From Eledone cirrhosa (lineage: Eukaryota), in assembly GCA_964016885.1 (NCBI GenBank), contig OZ024748.1, positions 47,864,001 to 47,928,000 of the forward strand: a stretch of DNA of 64,000 nt, given 5' to 3'. The position numbers were made by a program, and so were the translations under genes. The notes under the pieces were generated by a model that was not told the DNA's origin, did not search any database, and saw nothing but the letters and a program-made list of their open reading frames with translations. Positions 14,143 through 27,945 of the stretch are shown here, piece after piece (the stretch's first letter is position 1; each line of letters starts with the position of its first letter).

Positions 14143-14632
14143 CCATATAAAGACATACACACATCACATATACACATAAACACATAAACACATACATCAC
14201 ATACATCACATACATTTACTGCCACTTATAGAAGTGGTGTTAATTTACAGGAGATTGCCCTAACCTAGTGATCTCAAGTTCCAATCTGACCATGGGCTCC
14301 TTAACCTCTCAATAGCCCAAAGGTCACATCACAATAATTAAACATCTATAATATACTACAGTCTATACCAGTGCTTCTCAAACTATCTGATGTGGCGGAC
14401 CGGCATTTTTTTTTTCAATGTGCCAGGTCAAACACATAAACACATACACACACATCACATACATTTACTGCCACTTATAGAAGTGGTGTTAATTTACAAG
14501 AGATTGCCCTAACCTAGTGATCTCGAGTTCCAATCTGACCATGGGCTCCTTAACCTCTCAATAGCCCAAAGGTCACATCACAATAATTAAACATCTATAA
14601 TATACTACAGTCTATATCACTGATTCTCAAAT
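14143..14632. repeat. Local tandem duplication (about 250 bp) including a hAT-like end
   Basis: catttactgccacttatagaagtgg... occurs at 14213 and 14462. Confidence 0.8.
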
Positions 14633-14740
14633 TATTCATTAAAGTAATTAGCAAATAGGTTTATATGTATGTATTGTTAGTATAAATTAAAAGTATGAGC
14701 AATAAATTTCTGCTTTCATCCTAAGCAAGATCATCTAAGC

Positions 14741-15525
14741 CAGTGCTTCTCAAACTATCTGATGTGGTGGACCGACATTTTTTTTTCAAAGTGCCACGTA
14801 CCACTAATATTTCGTAGTAATATTAATTTATACTGGAAACGATATATATAATGAATATAATAAAAGTTGACCATTTTTTTATCTTCTATTTATTTTGTAA
14901 ACAAATAATTGTTTCTACTTTAGGCACAAGGTCAGCAATTACCCAGTGCATTACTGGTACTTTATTTTATCGACCCCGTAAGGATGAAAGGCAAAGTCAA
15001 CCTCGGCGGGATTTGAACTCAGATCGTAAAGGGACGTAACTATGCTGGAAAGCATGGCGTCCGACCCTCTACCGATACTGCCAATCCACCGCCCTTGTAA
15101 ACAAATAATACAATATCAAAACATATGAAAAAAGTAATAAAAATAATAACAAGCAGTTTATTAACACAAAAATAAAAATTATATAACCTTAATCTTTACT
15201 AGTGTGAAAGGGGAGCTTGCTTCTTCTAATAATTTATTTGAGGATACGGGCCGAAGTAAACGGAGCATGGGTTTGAAGGGAGACTAAAGTATCATTCGGC
15301 AGCATTACAATATCACAAATATACTACATTTACTTACATAATCTCTACCACAGCCGGTAAGTTACCACCGGCCAACTGATAAGTTTACTTACTACAGTAG
15401 CTCGTTTAGTCACCGAAACTGATGCTGCACGGTCCATTTTCTGTTATTTGACTTTCTTTCTTCATAGAAAACTATATATTATCAACTTATATTTTTACTA
15501 TCAGGTTAATTTACTTATTATTGTC
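14741..15525. mobile_element. hAT (Charlie-like) remnant with nested SINE
   Basis: CAGTGCTTCTCAAACT terminus, also at 14369; other end not found. Confidence 0.45.
14905..15094 (-). mobile_element. Full-length SINE family 2 with TSD
   Basis: Flanked by direct repeat ttgtaaacaaataat. Confidence 0.9.
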
Positions 15526-15527
15526 AT

Positions 15528-15880
15528 GGAGGCACATGGCTTAGTGGTTAGAGCATTGGCTTTGCAATCAAAATGTTGTGAGTTCAATTCTCAGACCGGG
15601 TGATGTGTTGTTTCCTTGAGCAAGACATTTTATTTCACATTGCTCCAGTTAACTCAGCTGTAGAAATGAGATGATAGGGACTGGGGTCCCTATCATTCCA
15701 CTGCAAAGTGGTCATGGAGGTGCCACGGCAAAAAAGCACCCAGCACTCACTGTAAATGAGGTTGGTGTTAGGAACGGCATCCAGCTGTAGAAATCAAGCC
15801 AGAATCAGTTCCCGTCCCACCCTTGCAAGCAGCGAAAAAGCGGACGTAAAATGAAATGATGATGATGATGATGATGATGA
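15528..15880 (+). mobile_element. tRNA-derived SINE family 1
   Basis: GGAGGCACATGGCTTAGTGG ... GGACGTAAAATG(ATG)n. Confidence 0.9.
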
Positions 15881-16324
15881 CTGTCTGAATGAATTTGAGC
15901 CAAATTTTGGCAACGGTTGGTTTACTAGTGAACCTTACTTTAACAGAAGCTAAAGAATGTCTAGGATAAGAAAACCCAACTGTTATTGCTGTTAGTGTTG
16001 TCATCATTTTTGTGGTGGTCATAGTGGTTTTGGTGGTGGTGTTGATGTTGGTGTTGGTGTTGGTGGGGATTGAAGGCATTGCAAGTGAGAGGTGTCAACC
16101 ATCACATCCGACAATTCATTTATGCAAATTCTTGTAGAGCACACTAGCATGGGAAACAAGCACTGTGTGTGAGTGTGAGTGTGCGTAGCTGCACCTTAAT
16201 ATATGTGTGTGTGTGTGTGTTATCCACACACACATACACATTACTTATCTATCTTTCTATCTATTTATCTATATCTATATCTATCTATCTATCGATCCAT
16301 CTCTCCCTCACTCTCTATATATAT

Positions 16325-16364
<40 letters not shown>

Positions 16365-16768
16365 TATATATATATATATATGTGCAGTGTGTGAGCATGT
16401 ATGCAGATATATGCAAATAAAGTGCATGCCTGGAAAACAATGTCCTACATTATGTATGAGAAAAGAGAGGTGGGATAAGGGAAGGGGGAGGCTGGAAGTA
16501 GGATCACACACACATACATATGTGCACGTACACTCAGGCATGCACACATGCAAATGTGCATGCGCACACGTGCACACACATGCACACATACATAGACACA
16601 TACACACTTATATAATAATGTAGACTCCTTTCTGGTGAAAATCTTATATGTATGCATGAATATATATATATATCATGTATGTATGTTTGTGTGTGTGTGT
16701 ATATAAATATATACATATATATATATATAGTGTGGTGTGTATATATATATATATCATGTATGTATGTT

Positions 16769-16843
<75 letters not shown>

Positions 16844-17242
16844 TGAAGGCACATGGCTTAGTGGTTAGAGCATTGGGCTTGCAATCGAAAGGTTGTGAGT
16901 TCAATTCTCAGACCGGGTGATGTGTTGTTTCCTTGAGCAAGACACTTTATTTCACATTGCTCCAGATTACTCAGCTGTAGAAATGAGATGGTAGGGACTG
17001 GGGTCTCTATCATTCCACTGTAAAGTGGTCGTGGAGGTGCCACGGCAAAAAGAAGCACCCAGCACTCACTGTAAATGAGGTTGGTATTAGGAAGGGCATC
17101 CAGCTGTAGAAATCAAGCCAGAATCAGTTCCCCTAGAAATCAAGACAAGATCAGCTGACCAGCGGACACTGCCCACAACAGGACAACCCGTTTAACCCAT
17201 GCTAGCATGGAAGAACGGACGTAAAGCGGTGATGATGATGAT
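16844..17242 (+). mobile_element. tRNA-derived SINE family 1, chimeric 3' end
   Basis: Standard head; tail switches at a repeated tagaaatcaag to the AACCCATGCTAGCATGG variant. Confidence 0.85.
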
Positions 17243-17246
17243 ATAT

Positions 17247-17297
<51 letters not shown>

Positions 17298-17544
17298 TTC
17301 ATATATATATATATATAACAAACGAACCTAAATCTAGTTTGCCTGTATGCATATATATTTATATACATATATGTATGCTTATATATATATAGAGAGAGAG
17401 AGAGATAAATCTACCAAAATATACGGTAGTGTCCAATCCGTATGAAGAACTCAATGTAATCCAAATATCATGAATATATATATGAATATATCCAAATATC
17501 ATGAATATATATATATATATATATATGTAATATACGCGAACGAC

Positions 17545-18082
17545 AAAGCATAAATGAATTGAGAGAGAGACTGAGTATAAGAGGAATCAAATGCTGTGTG
17601 CAGGAGAGGCGGTTGCATTGGTATGGCGTATGAAGGATGACAGCTGCATAAAAAGGTGCAGAGCACTAGAAGTCAATGGAAACCGCGGAGTGGGGAGACC
17701 CAAGATGACCTGGGATGAGGTGATAAAAGCCGACCTTACCAAATTACACCTCTCAAAGGCGATGACACACGACCGTGACCTCTGGCGTCACGCAGTAATA
17801 CAGAGTACCCGACCTCCCATGGGTACAAGCTGAAGCATATAGACAATATGCCCCCACCCCCCACGCCCACCCCCACTGCTAGGTGGTCGTGTAGGCACCA
17901 CGAAAAAGCACCCAGCACTCACAAATGAGGTTGGTGTTAGGAAGGGCATCCAGCTGTAGAAATCAAGCCAAATCAGTTCCTGTATGAGCAAGGCATGTTT
18001 GCCGACCAGACACTGCCCACAACAGGACAACCTGTCTAACCCATGCTAGCATGGAAGAACGGACGTAAAACGGTGATGATGA

Positions 18083-18086
<4 letters not shown>
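17545..18086 (+). mobile_element. RTE-clade LINE 3' end
   Basis: RMKDDSCIKRCRALEVNGNRGVGRPKMTWDEVIKADL, then a 3' UTR shared with SINE family 1 and (GAT)n. Confidence 0.85.
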
Positions 18087-18134
<48 letters not shown>

Positions 18135-18275
18135 AGAAATGTAAGTTATCGCCGTATTTTGACTAAAGAAATTAAAAAATTATTTAGCCTGATAAGAACC
18201 CTCGGAGAAATGGAAAATGATGTGTATTGACGTACATATATAACATTAACTGAATCTAATGTACAACTCCCTCAT

Positions 18276-18311
<36 letters not shown>

Positions 18312-18559
18312 ATTCTTGTAGTCTGTGTCAGTGCAGTAATGGAATACTATACAAATATACAAAGTGTCACAGAGATAAAACCAAGTTAAACCTAAAACAC
18401 CAAACATGTGTACAGTGTAAATATATAATTACACTAAGATAAAGGAGCATTGGAGAAACTAATATTTTGGACACTGGTCCTTTATCAAGAATGGAAAAGA
18501 TAGATGCAGTGGGGGTGAACATAAAGGGAAAGTGTTTTAAGTGGAGAAACAAACAAGGA

Positions 18560-18751
18560 AAATAATTGTTTCTACTTTAGGCACAAGGCCAGCAATTACG
18601 CAGTGTATTACTGGTACTTTATTTTATTGACCCCGTAAGGATGAAAGGCAAAGTCAACCTCGGCGGGATTTGAACTCAGATCGTAAAGGGACGTAACTAT
18701 GCTGGAGAGCATGGCGTCCGACCCTCTACCGATACTGCCAATCCACCGCCC
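18560..18751 (-). mobile_element. Full-length SINE family 2 with TSD
   Basis: Direct repeat aaacaaggaaaataat on both sides. Confidence 0.9.
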
Positions 18752-19490
18752 AAACAAGGAAAATAATGTGTTTATTTCAGTGAAGCAGCATACTGATTGG
18801 CTGGTTAGATGTGGGTAGGTTTGTGACGGGGATACGTTGGTGATGTGGGTTTTGGGTAGAATGTCTTCTAGATAAATAAATGAGAGTTAAGAGATTTAAA
18901 GAAGATGGTCATCCTAAGGTGTGAGGACATGTGTAAGTAAGTACATGTGTGTGTGAAGTGTGTGTGTATGTGCATATGTGTATTTCTTGGTAGGCATGTA
19001 TGTATGAGTGTCTTGTATGAATGTATATGTGTGTATTTGTTTGCAGAGAATTATGTGAGCTTGTTGTGTGTGTGTGTGTGTGTATGTGTGTGTGTGTATA
19101 TGTGTGTGTGTGTATGTGGCTGTGTGTATGTGTTTCTTTGCAGGGAACTATGTGTAAGCATGTTATGTCAGTATGTGTATGTGTGTATTTGTTTGCAGAG
19201 AATTATGTGAGCTTGTTGTGTGTGTGTGTGTGTGTGTGCGTATCTGTGTGTGTGTATGTGGCTGTGTGTGTGTTTCTTTGCAGGGAACTATGTGTATGCA
19301 TGTTGTGTCAGTATGTGTATGTGTGTATTTATTTCAAGGGAAGAAGTATGTGTGAGAATGTTGTATATATGTATGTATGTGTGTCTTGTGTTGCATGGCA
19401 TATGTGTAAGCATGGTGTGTGAGTGTGTATGTATATGTGTGTGTTTCTTTGCAGGAAAGTATGTATGTGCATGTTGTGTGTATGTTTCTC

Positions 19491-19530
<40 letters not shown>

Positions 19531-19974
19531 TGACTGTGTAGTAAATTGTGCATAAGTATATGTATATGTGTAGGGAAATATGTGTGAGTGTGTGTATGTA
19601 TTTGGGGAAGTATACGTATGCTGGACATGATTAGGGAAACATGTGTGGGTGCTTAGTGTGTGTAATGTGTGTGTATGTGTTTATATGAAGGAAAATATGT
19701 GTGAGCATGTTGAGTGTGTGTGTGTGTGTGTGTGTACGTGTGTGCATAGGGTTGTATGAGCACACTGTATGTGTGAGTGAATGTGTGTGTGTGGGTGTCT
19801 GCATAGGGTTGTATGAGCACACTGTATGTGTGAGTGTGTGCATAGGGTAGTGTGAACACACTGCGTGTGTGTATGTGTGTGCATAAGGTCGTATAAGCAC
19901 ACTGTATATGTGTGTGTGTGTGTGTGCATCGGTAGTGGTGTGATCACACTGTGAGAGTGAGTGTGTGCGTATAT

Positions 19975-20045
<71 letters not shown>

Positions 20046-20046
20046 T

Positions 20047-20316
20047 AGTATTTCCGTCGGAAAGGTACAGGAAAAAAGAGTGCTCTATGTAGGCTACAGA
20101 GCTTATTAGTTATGTAATAAACAACATAAGATAATTATTTCATTTACCAGTGGTTTCTTGAAGGCAGATGTTATGTCTGTCTTCAGTATGGATTTCCATA
20201 TTTAATAAAAACACCATGTTATTTATTCATTCTTATGACTGAAGACAGACATAACACCTGCCTTCAAGAAACCACTGGTAAATGAAATAATTATCTTATG
20301 GTGTTTATTACATAAC

Positions 20317-20320
<4 letters not shown>
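20047..20320. mobile_element. Fold-back pLTR unit, family C, in (TA)n
   Basis: Arms 20106-20187 and 20238-20319; the left arm carries an extra tail (20047-20105); the + strand HHR core is mutated to CTTATGA. Confidence 0.8.
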
Positions 20321-20347
<27 letters not shown>

Positions 20348-20650
20348 CATCATCATCATCATCATCACCGTTTTACGTCCGTTCTTCAACGCTAGCATGG
20401 GTTAGACGGGTTGTCCTGTTGTGGGCAGTGTCTGGTCGGCTGACCATGCCTTGCTCATACAGGAACTGATTTGGCTTGATTTCTACAGCCGGATGCCCTT
20501 CCTAACACCAACCTCATTTACAGTGAGTGTTGGGTGCTTTTTCGTGGCGGCTACACGTCCACTTTACAGTGTGGGCTGGGTGCTTTTTTGCCATGGCACC
20601 TCCACGACCACCTTGCAGTGGGGGTGGGGGGTGTGGAGGCATATTGTCTA
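20348..20650 (-). mobile_element. RTE/SINE 3' UTR fragment
   Basis: Reverse complement of 17840-18086. Confidence 0.85.
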
Positions 20651-21613
20651 TATATATATATATAAGAAAGCATATGTCACCATGTGTTAGTAAGTGTACA
20701 TATGTGTTCAAAGAAGAGGTTAATGTTACAATGATAGAAATATCTTCCACATGAAACAATAGAAAGGTAAGTCATGTGACTGTGGCATCATTACATGAAA
20801 TAATTTGTAGTCACCTTGCATCATAGCTATTGATTTTATTACATTGTGTGTGTGTCTGTGTATGGGAGTGTATATATGTGTCTGTGTGTCTGTGTGTATG
20901 TGTGGCTATGTAAGTGTGTAAGTATGTATGTGGGTATGTGTATGTGTGTCTGTGTATGTGAGTCAGTGTATGTGTGTCTGTGTATAGGTGTCTGTGTAAG
21001 TTTGGGTGTGTATGTTTGTATGAGGGTGTGTAAGTTTGTATGTGTGTCTGTGTATGTGAGTCAGTGTATGTGTGTCTGTGTATAGGTGTCTGTGTAAGTT
21101 TGGGTGTGTATGTTTGTATGAGGGTGTGTAAGTTTGTATGTGTGTCAGTGTATGTGAGTCAGTGTATGTGTGTCTGTATATAGGTGTCTGTGTAAGTTTG
21201 GGTGTGTATGTTTGTATGAGGGTGTGTAAGTTTGTATGTGTGTCTGTGTATTTGAGTCAGTGTATGCGTGTCTGTGTATAGGTGTCTGTGTAAGTTTGGG
21301 TGTGTAATGTTTGTATGAGGGTGTGTAAGTTTGTATGTGTGTGTGTGTGTGTGTATGTGAATGTGTATGTATGTCTGTGCATGTGTATGTGATTGTGGGT
21401 GTGTAAGTGTGTGTGTGGTATGTAAGTGTATATGTGTGTAAGTGTGGCTGTGTATGTGTGTCTGTGTATGTGTGTCTGTGTATGTGTGTCTGTGTAAGTG
21501 TGAATGTAAGTGTGTCTGTGTATGTGTGTCTGTATGTATGTGTGTGTATGTATGTGTGTCAGTGTATGTGTGAGGTTATTGAATAAATTAATAAACCCTA
21601 CAACATATATTGA

Positions 21614-21670
<57 letters not shown>

Positions 21671-21673
<3 letters not shown>

Positions 21674-21896
21674 TATTCTATTCTAAGGCGAGTAAAATTC
21701 CCGAGATCCATGGACGAGTTCTCTCCAGTGGTCTCTGTCCCTCATTATCGCTGCCATGTCCTGCGTCTCCAATAGACCAGTGTCTGTCCTTAGCTGGACA
21801 TGCTCACCGACATCCAGAGTTGACATTGCACTCAGTGCTCCTTTGGGAGCCCCTACATGGACACACTAGAAGAGGAAGACCAAGGTTAACGTATGT

Positions 21897-21900
<4 letters not shown>
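21671..21900 (+). mobile_element. RTE-group LINE internal fragment inside (TA)n
   Basis: LSLAGHAHRHPELTLHSVLLWEPLHGHTRRGRPRLTYVD. Confidence 0.7.
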
Positions 21901-21954
<54 letters not shown>

Positions 21955-21990
21955 GTGAGGGTTTTTTTTTTTTTTTTTTTTTTTTTTATT

Positions 21991-22075
<85 letters not shown>

Positions 22076-22099
22076 ATGTAAGTGTATGAATAGATATAC

Positions 22100-22308
22100 A
22101 CGTAGGCGCCACGAAAAATCACCCACCACTCACTGTAAATGAGGTTGGTGTTAGGAAGGGCATCCAGCTGTAGAAATCAAGCCAGATCAGTTCCTGTATG
22201 AGCAAGGCATGGTCAGCCGACAAGACACTGCCCACAACAGGACAACCCGTCTAACCCATGCTAGCGTGGAAAAACGGACGTAAAACGGTGATGATGATGA
22301 TGATGATA
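22100..22308 (+). mobile_element. RTE/SINE 3' UTR fragment
   Basis: GTTAGGAAGGGCATCCAGC ... GGACGTAAAACGG(TGA)n. Confidence 0.85.
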
Positions 22309-22730
22309 CATAGTCAGATAAAGGCAGATGTAGATAGACAGTTAAGAAATACAATGAGGCTGTTACTGATATACGTGCGCGTATGTGTAGAGTCTTTTTG
22401 TGTTTGTATGTGTGTATGCGTGTGTATACATTTTTATATATGTGAGTGTGCGTTTGTGTACATATATGGGTGCATATATATTTGTGTATATGTGTGTGTA
22501 TGTATTTATGTTCCTGTTCGTATTTCCATGTAAACGCAAATACGTCTATGTGAGAACGTATACGTCTACGTATTATTATGTATAAGCGCGTGGTTGAGTG
22601 TGTTTATGTTCTGGACATTTATTTATATTTATTTTCCCCTAATTCCCATTTGCCCCTTTTTTTCAGCCTCACTTTCATATTTCCTAAATTTTGTTTTCAA
22701 ATCCATATTTAATAAAAACACCATGTTATT

Positions 22731-22798
22731 TATTCATTCTGACGACTGAAGACAGATATAAATATCTGCCTTCAAGAAACCACTGGTAAATGAAATAA
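22731..22798 (+). ncRNA. Hammerhead ribozyme, family C, with tail to about 22890 then (TA)n
   Basis: ttcatt-CTGACGA-ctgaagacagatat-aa-atatctgccttcaa-GAAA-CCACTGG-TA-aatgaa. Confidence 0.85.
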
Positions 22799-22888
22799 TT
22801 ATCTTATGTAGTTTATTACATAACTAATAAGCACTGTAGCCTACATAGAGCACTCTTTTTTCCTGTACCTTTCCGACGGAAATACTTC

Positions 22889-22974
<86 letters not shown>

Positions 22975-23307
22975 CTGTGGAGAACAATATTGATTTATGA
23001 ATGCATATATTTTTAATGGCTGACAATTTGTTTCAAGCACTAAATATGCACATAGATATGTTCTTAGATGATATGAATACCGATTATAAATCGATATTAG
23101 TTCAGTAAGAACAAATGTGTGACAGTGCCCTCATCAGAGTCGAAAGAAAATATTTATAACATATTAACTCAAAAATCAAAACAGGTCACCAAAGTGATAG
23201 ACCTACAGTAAAGCTGGAATCTTGATATAAAACAGTTACAAGTTATAAACCATTAAAGCCACCATTTTGTTCAATTTGGTGATCTGTTTTTATTTTTTTA
23301 TTTAATA

Positions 23308-23430
23308 TGTTTCTAAAGAAGACAGTCTGATCGAACCTATATATGAGGTCTGATAGTATACAGTTATATAATTGCAGTGGATCAGACAACATGTCGATAT
23401 TATCAACCATCCGAAACGATCGTAAAACAA
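23308..23430 (+). ncRNA. Degenerate hammerhead with long stem II
   Basis: tgttt-CTAAAGA(G5 mutated)-gtctgatc...gatcagac...-GAAA-CGATCG-TA-aaaca. Confidence 0.55.
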
Positions 23431-23511
23431 TGAAATGAATAGGTAAAATAACTTGACTTAGCTATTATTTTCATTGTTAAATTAATATCTAATATATATA
23501 TATATTAGATA

Positions 23512-24440
23512 CTAGTAGCAGTACCCAGCGTTGCCTGGGTAGGTAAAATAATATCTGCTTTGATGAAAAGGTGTTGATTTTAGCGACTGCGAGTTTCTTG
23601 AAAATCGGTCGTAAGGTGTAGCAAATGGCGAAATGTTGTGTGAATTCGTATGGAATATGTGGGAGGTGGAAAAAATCGTATTTTGAAGAGTTAAACGGCT
23701 GTCACGCCTTCTCTGAACAAAAAATGCAAAGTGTAAAGCTACTATAAGATGTGCAATGGTAGGTTCTATCGTAGTATAAAAGTTGAACCAAATAAATTGA
23801 TTTATGTGCGAGGTGGAGCCGAAGTTTCGAATTTGATCGAAATCGGTTGAAAAATGTGGGAGTAGAGCCGAAAAGGTGGTATTTTCGAATATTTAAGCGG
23901 CTGCCACGCCGTTCCTGAACAGAAACTCCAAAATGTAAAGCCACTTTAAGACGTGAAATACCCAGATCTAGCGTAGTATAAAATTTGAACAAAGTAGGTT
24001 GATTAATGTGGGAGCTAGAGCCGAAAAAGTGGAAATTTGAGTCTAAAAATGGTATTTTTGAATATTTAAGCGGATGCCACACCGTCCCTGAACAACAAAT
24101 GCAAAATATAAAGCTATTACAGCATGTGAAATGATAAATTCTATTTTGCTTTAAAATTTGAACGAAATCAGTGGCAAAATGTGGGAGCTAGAGCCAAAAA
24201 TCTTATTTTTCGATACCTAAAAAAAGGTGACCCCCCACCCCCACCCCCCCTATCGATTTTTATCTGCAGTATGACCCCGAAATAAAAATAAACGATACGC
24301 TGATATATAGAAAACACTTCCCGATGACTAATCTATGAGCCTGTAAAGTTTCATGAAAATCGGTCGTAAGATGTAGGCCCCTATAGGTAATACACAGACA
24401 CACACACGCACACACATACATACATAATTTTATATATAGA
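23512..24440 (-). mobile_element. Non-autonomous Helitron with internal repeats of about 180 bp
   Basis: Minus strand starts TCTATATATAAAATT and ends with hairpin ACCCAG-gcaacg-CTGGGT then CTAG|T. The upstream flank is not the expected A. Confidence 0.7.
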
Positions 24441-24813
24441 CAGGTTAATTTGCTGTCCAATATATGCCTAACGCATTTACACCCTCTATACGCTTGCATA
24501 TGTACTGCTAATGTCCACGTTTTACGAGTAAATTTCTGCCTTAATGCCTCTTTAATTATTATACTATTCTCTTGTAATCTCTGTCACATCCATTCCACTC
24601 TGTAAATATGAAACTGTTGATGACAACATTAATATCCATGTATCTATATGATTGTTCAGTTGGATAGGAAGTTAATTATATGTCCAAACTTTGCTAGTGC
24701 TCCGATGGTTCCAAACGAAAGTTTGGAAGAAACGATTGTCAGCAATAAAATGATTTGGACATAGTTTGATTATTGTGTAATTTATATATATATATATATA
24801 TATATAAGTATAA

Positions 24814-25572
24814 AATAGCGGATTTAGCGAACCGATTAAGTACATACCCAACAATACTAACTCTTTTAAACATAATAATAGGAAAAGAAAACTAATCTGC
24901 TTCACATCCCCCTACTCTTTAGCAGTTAAAACTAATGTAGGCAAAAAATTCCTAGAGCTCTTAGATAAACATTTTCCTAGAACACATAGATACTATAAGA
25001 TCTTCAATAGAAACTGTGTTAAAATTAGCTACTCCTGCGGTCCCCCTATTAAATCTTATATCATCAATAAGAAATCACCCAGAGAACATCAAAATTGCTC
25101 CTGTAGAGTCAAAAGTAAATGGCCATTACAAGGTAAATGCAACACCAAAGCCATTGTATATGCGGCTAAAGTGACAACCATCAGCAACAACCTACCAGCC
25201 ACCAGCAAACGATATGTGGGTATGACACAAGACACATTCAAAACGCGTTATTACTCACATGTCGCATCTTTCCGACATCCAGAAAAAAGATTTACAACAG
25301 CTCTGGCTAGCAGAATATGGGATTTGAAAGACCAAGGTATCCAATATAAATTGGATTGGTCAATTTTGAACCAATCTAAAGAATATGCAAGAGGAACAAG
25401 AAGATGCACACTCTGCATAAGTGAAAAATATTGGATTTTACAGAACCTTAAATCACCAAAAACCTGCCTAAACGCAAAACCAGAAATTTTCACCAGTTGC
25501 CCACACATGAAATCACACTTGCTTTCCAGCTCATATAAACTTAACTCACTTTCAGATACTTATCCTCCATAA
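24814..25572 (+). pseudogene. PLE linker + GIY-YIG endonuclease (open frame, no start)
   Basis: RKRKLICFTSPYS..KIFNRNCVKISYSC..CSCR..PLQGKC..IVYAAKV..YVGMT..CTLC..SCPH. Confidence 0.9.
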
Positions 25573-26799
25573 ACTCTTGTTCTTCACTTTCCTTAAATTA
25601 TCCTCTTTACAGACTTCTCTTTCTGATTTACTTTCATTTTTAACTTTATTTTTATTTTTACATCACATGCACCAGTGAACCCCCCCCCCCCTACTTTTTG
25701 ATTCACTTACCTAATATCTTCACATTCCACATTTTACTTCCCCATTTTCTTTCACTACCTGATATCAATATCACTTGCGTTTTCCACTCCAGATATATTC
25801 TGTTGTTTCGCAGCCGCTTTTATATTTGTACTCATTTATTCATACGGCTGGTTTATAATTTGTATCTATGCGTGTGAGTGTGCATATGTGTGTATACGTT
25901 CAGTATATGTATAGGAACGCCTCCGTATGTGTGCGTGCGTGCGCGCGTATGTATATGTGTGTTTTTATATCTATGTTTTTTACATACTTATTTATGCGTG
26001 TGTCTGTATGTGGGTGAATGTATGTGTGTGTGTATGTATATATGTATATGTATGTATGGGTGTGTATGTATATATATATATATATATATAGTCGCGTACG
26101 TACGTGTGATTAGATATACATGTGGCGATATATCTATATATATATGTGCCTCGTGTGTATGTATGTACGCATGCATGCGCTTTTGTCTGTACGTATTTAT
26201 ATGTATATATATTTTTATATATATATATGTGTGTGTACGTGCGTACCTATGTTTGTTTTCTTTTTCCTAGTGTTAATTGATAACCCCTCCCTCTTACTTT
26301 CTCTTTGATTTAAAAAATGTTTTTCATTCTCATATATTGTTTCATTTTTATACATATATCGAGAATGACACTTCTTTTTACTATTACACTCCCTTCCCTC
26401 TTTATCTTCCGCATATAAGTGATCGCGCGTGTGTGTGTGTTTCTACGCGTGCTTTCATATTCGTATGTGTATATATTTAATACCTGTATCTAGATGTATG
26501 TTAACTATATTATCTTACAATTTCTTTTTCAACTCATATATACGTATTTGTGGTCACACATGCACAAATATACTTGCCCTCATATATGTACTTACGCACA
26601 CATTTTCACCATACACATGCATTTGTACATGCACACGTTTGTACATTTGTGAGTGAATATACATACATATGCACATGCCCTAACTATATTTCCTTATTTT
26701 TTTATATATCTCTTGCATTACTTTTATTTATATATTTTTTTTGCCCGTTAAACTCTTGCCTTTCATGAGGAGATTTTTCAAATATTTCACTATGTTTTA

Positions 26800-26877
26800 A
26801 ATTGCCTTGTCCGATGAACGAATGAGGATGTTTTTCGTATTCGTCTTATCCGGGAAACCTCTGGTAATAAGGTAATT
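26800..26877 (+). ncRNA. Hammerhead ribozyme (core variant CCGATGA)
   Basis: aattgccttgt-CCGATGA-stem II-GAAA-CCTCTGG-TA-ataaggtaatt; 11-bp stem I. Confidence 0.75.
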
Positions 26878-26979
26878 ATATTGTATTGTTTATTATACAT
26901 TAAATTTAGCTCTGGTACTTACATAGAGCACTCTTCACTCCTATGACTTTTTCAATTTTCAACGGAAACTTCAATTAAC

Positions 26980-27232
26980 ACACACGCGCACATACGAATG
27001 CATTCGTATACATAGACAAGCACTCATACACACACATGCACGCTCACACACATAGATACAATATAAAAACCAGCCGTATGAATAAATGAGTACAAATTAT
27101 ACGCAAGTAAACATACATAAAAGCGGCTGAGAGACAACAGAATATATCTGAAGTTGAAAACGCAAGTGACATGTACTATCAGGTAGTGAAAGAAAACGGG
27201 GAAGTAAAATATGTAAAAATGTGAAGATATAT
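26980..27232 (-). mobile_element. Diverged inverted copy of the PLE 3' UTR
   Basis: Reverse complement aligns to about 25714-25950. Confidence 0.8.
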
Positions 27233-27336
27233 ATATATATATAACGTGAACCTAATAAACCTTTATTTGTCTGCCTCTCTGTTTTGTTCCCGTCTAAATT
27301 TGCACTATTCATATATATATATATATATATATATAT

Positions 27337-27397
27337 AGGAACCAGTAAGACCCCGACAGCTGAGCTCAAGCCGTTTCGACGGCTAATTCTGGACTCA
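27337..27397 (-). mobile_element. Family D pLTR end (3' half of hammerhead) in (TA)n
   Basis: gtc-GAAA-cggcttgagctcagctg-TC-ggggtc...ttccta(TA)n. Confidence 0.6.
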
Positions 27398-27408
27398 TAT
27401 ATATATGA

Positions 27409-27640
<232 letters not shown>

Positions 27641-27649
27641 GTATATATA

Positions 27650-27945
27650 TAAAGAAAAAAAGATGAAATCGAAAATGCAACTGGAGTCTTATTTTTTTTT
27701 TAAATATATATATTTATTTGGTTCCTTTACCGGTTTCGCAGTTCTTCTGCTTTTCAAAAGTACAGTTGAGATGGAGTGTCTGTGGTTTTTCTCACATGTG
27801 AGAGGAACCAAATAAATATATATATTTTTTTTTTAAATAAGACTCCAGTTGCATTTTCGATTTCCTCTTTTTTTCTTTATACTTTCACTCGTGTAGGACA
27901 CCTCGGTTATTTTTCATTTTGTAAAAAAAAACCTCACTTTCTAAT
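27650..27945. mobile_element. Fold-back pLTR unit, family E, in (TA)n
   Basis: Arms about 27650-27726 and 27802-27878; right arm has a tail ending cctcactttctaa (also at 21948-21962, -); degenerate HHR on - strand ttgaaaa-gcag..ctgc-GAAA-CCGG-TA. Confidence 0.7.

Larger units (their letters stand above)
24806..26980 (+). mobile_element. 5'-truncated Penelope-like element (Naiad-type), family C pLTR
   Basis: Starts at (TA)n; endonuclease ORF; 1.4-kb UTR; HHR; tail tacatagagcactc shared with 22842. Confidence 0.85.

Noticed and set aside
15528-15600. tRNA gene
   Set aside because: A and B boxes continue into SINE body and tail in several copies; no acceptor stem
20738-20771. Strong GAAAG|GTAAGT donor
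   Set aside because: No convincing acceptor or recognisable peptide
24613-24746. Possible hammerhead TTGATGA...GAAACGATTGTC
   Set aside because: Core mutated and stem I not formed; at most a decayed relic
25095-25140. Selenocysteine-encoding Naiad
   Set aside because: No in-frame TGA at conserved Cys positions in any of the three ORFs; one Cys site is TGG, most simply a point mutation
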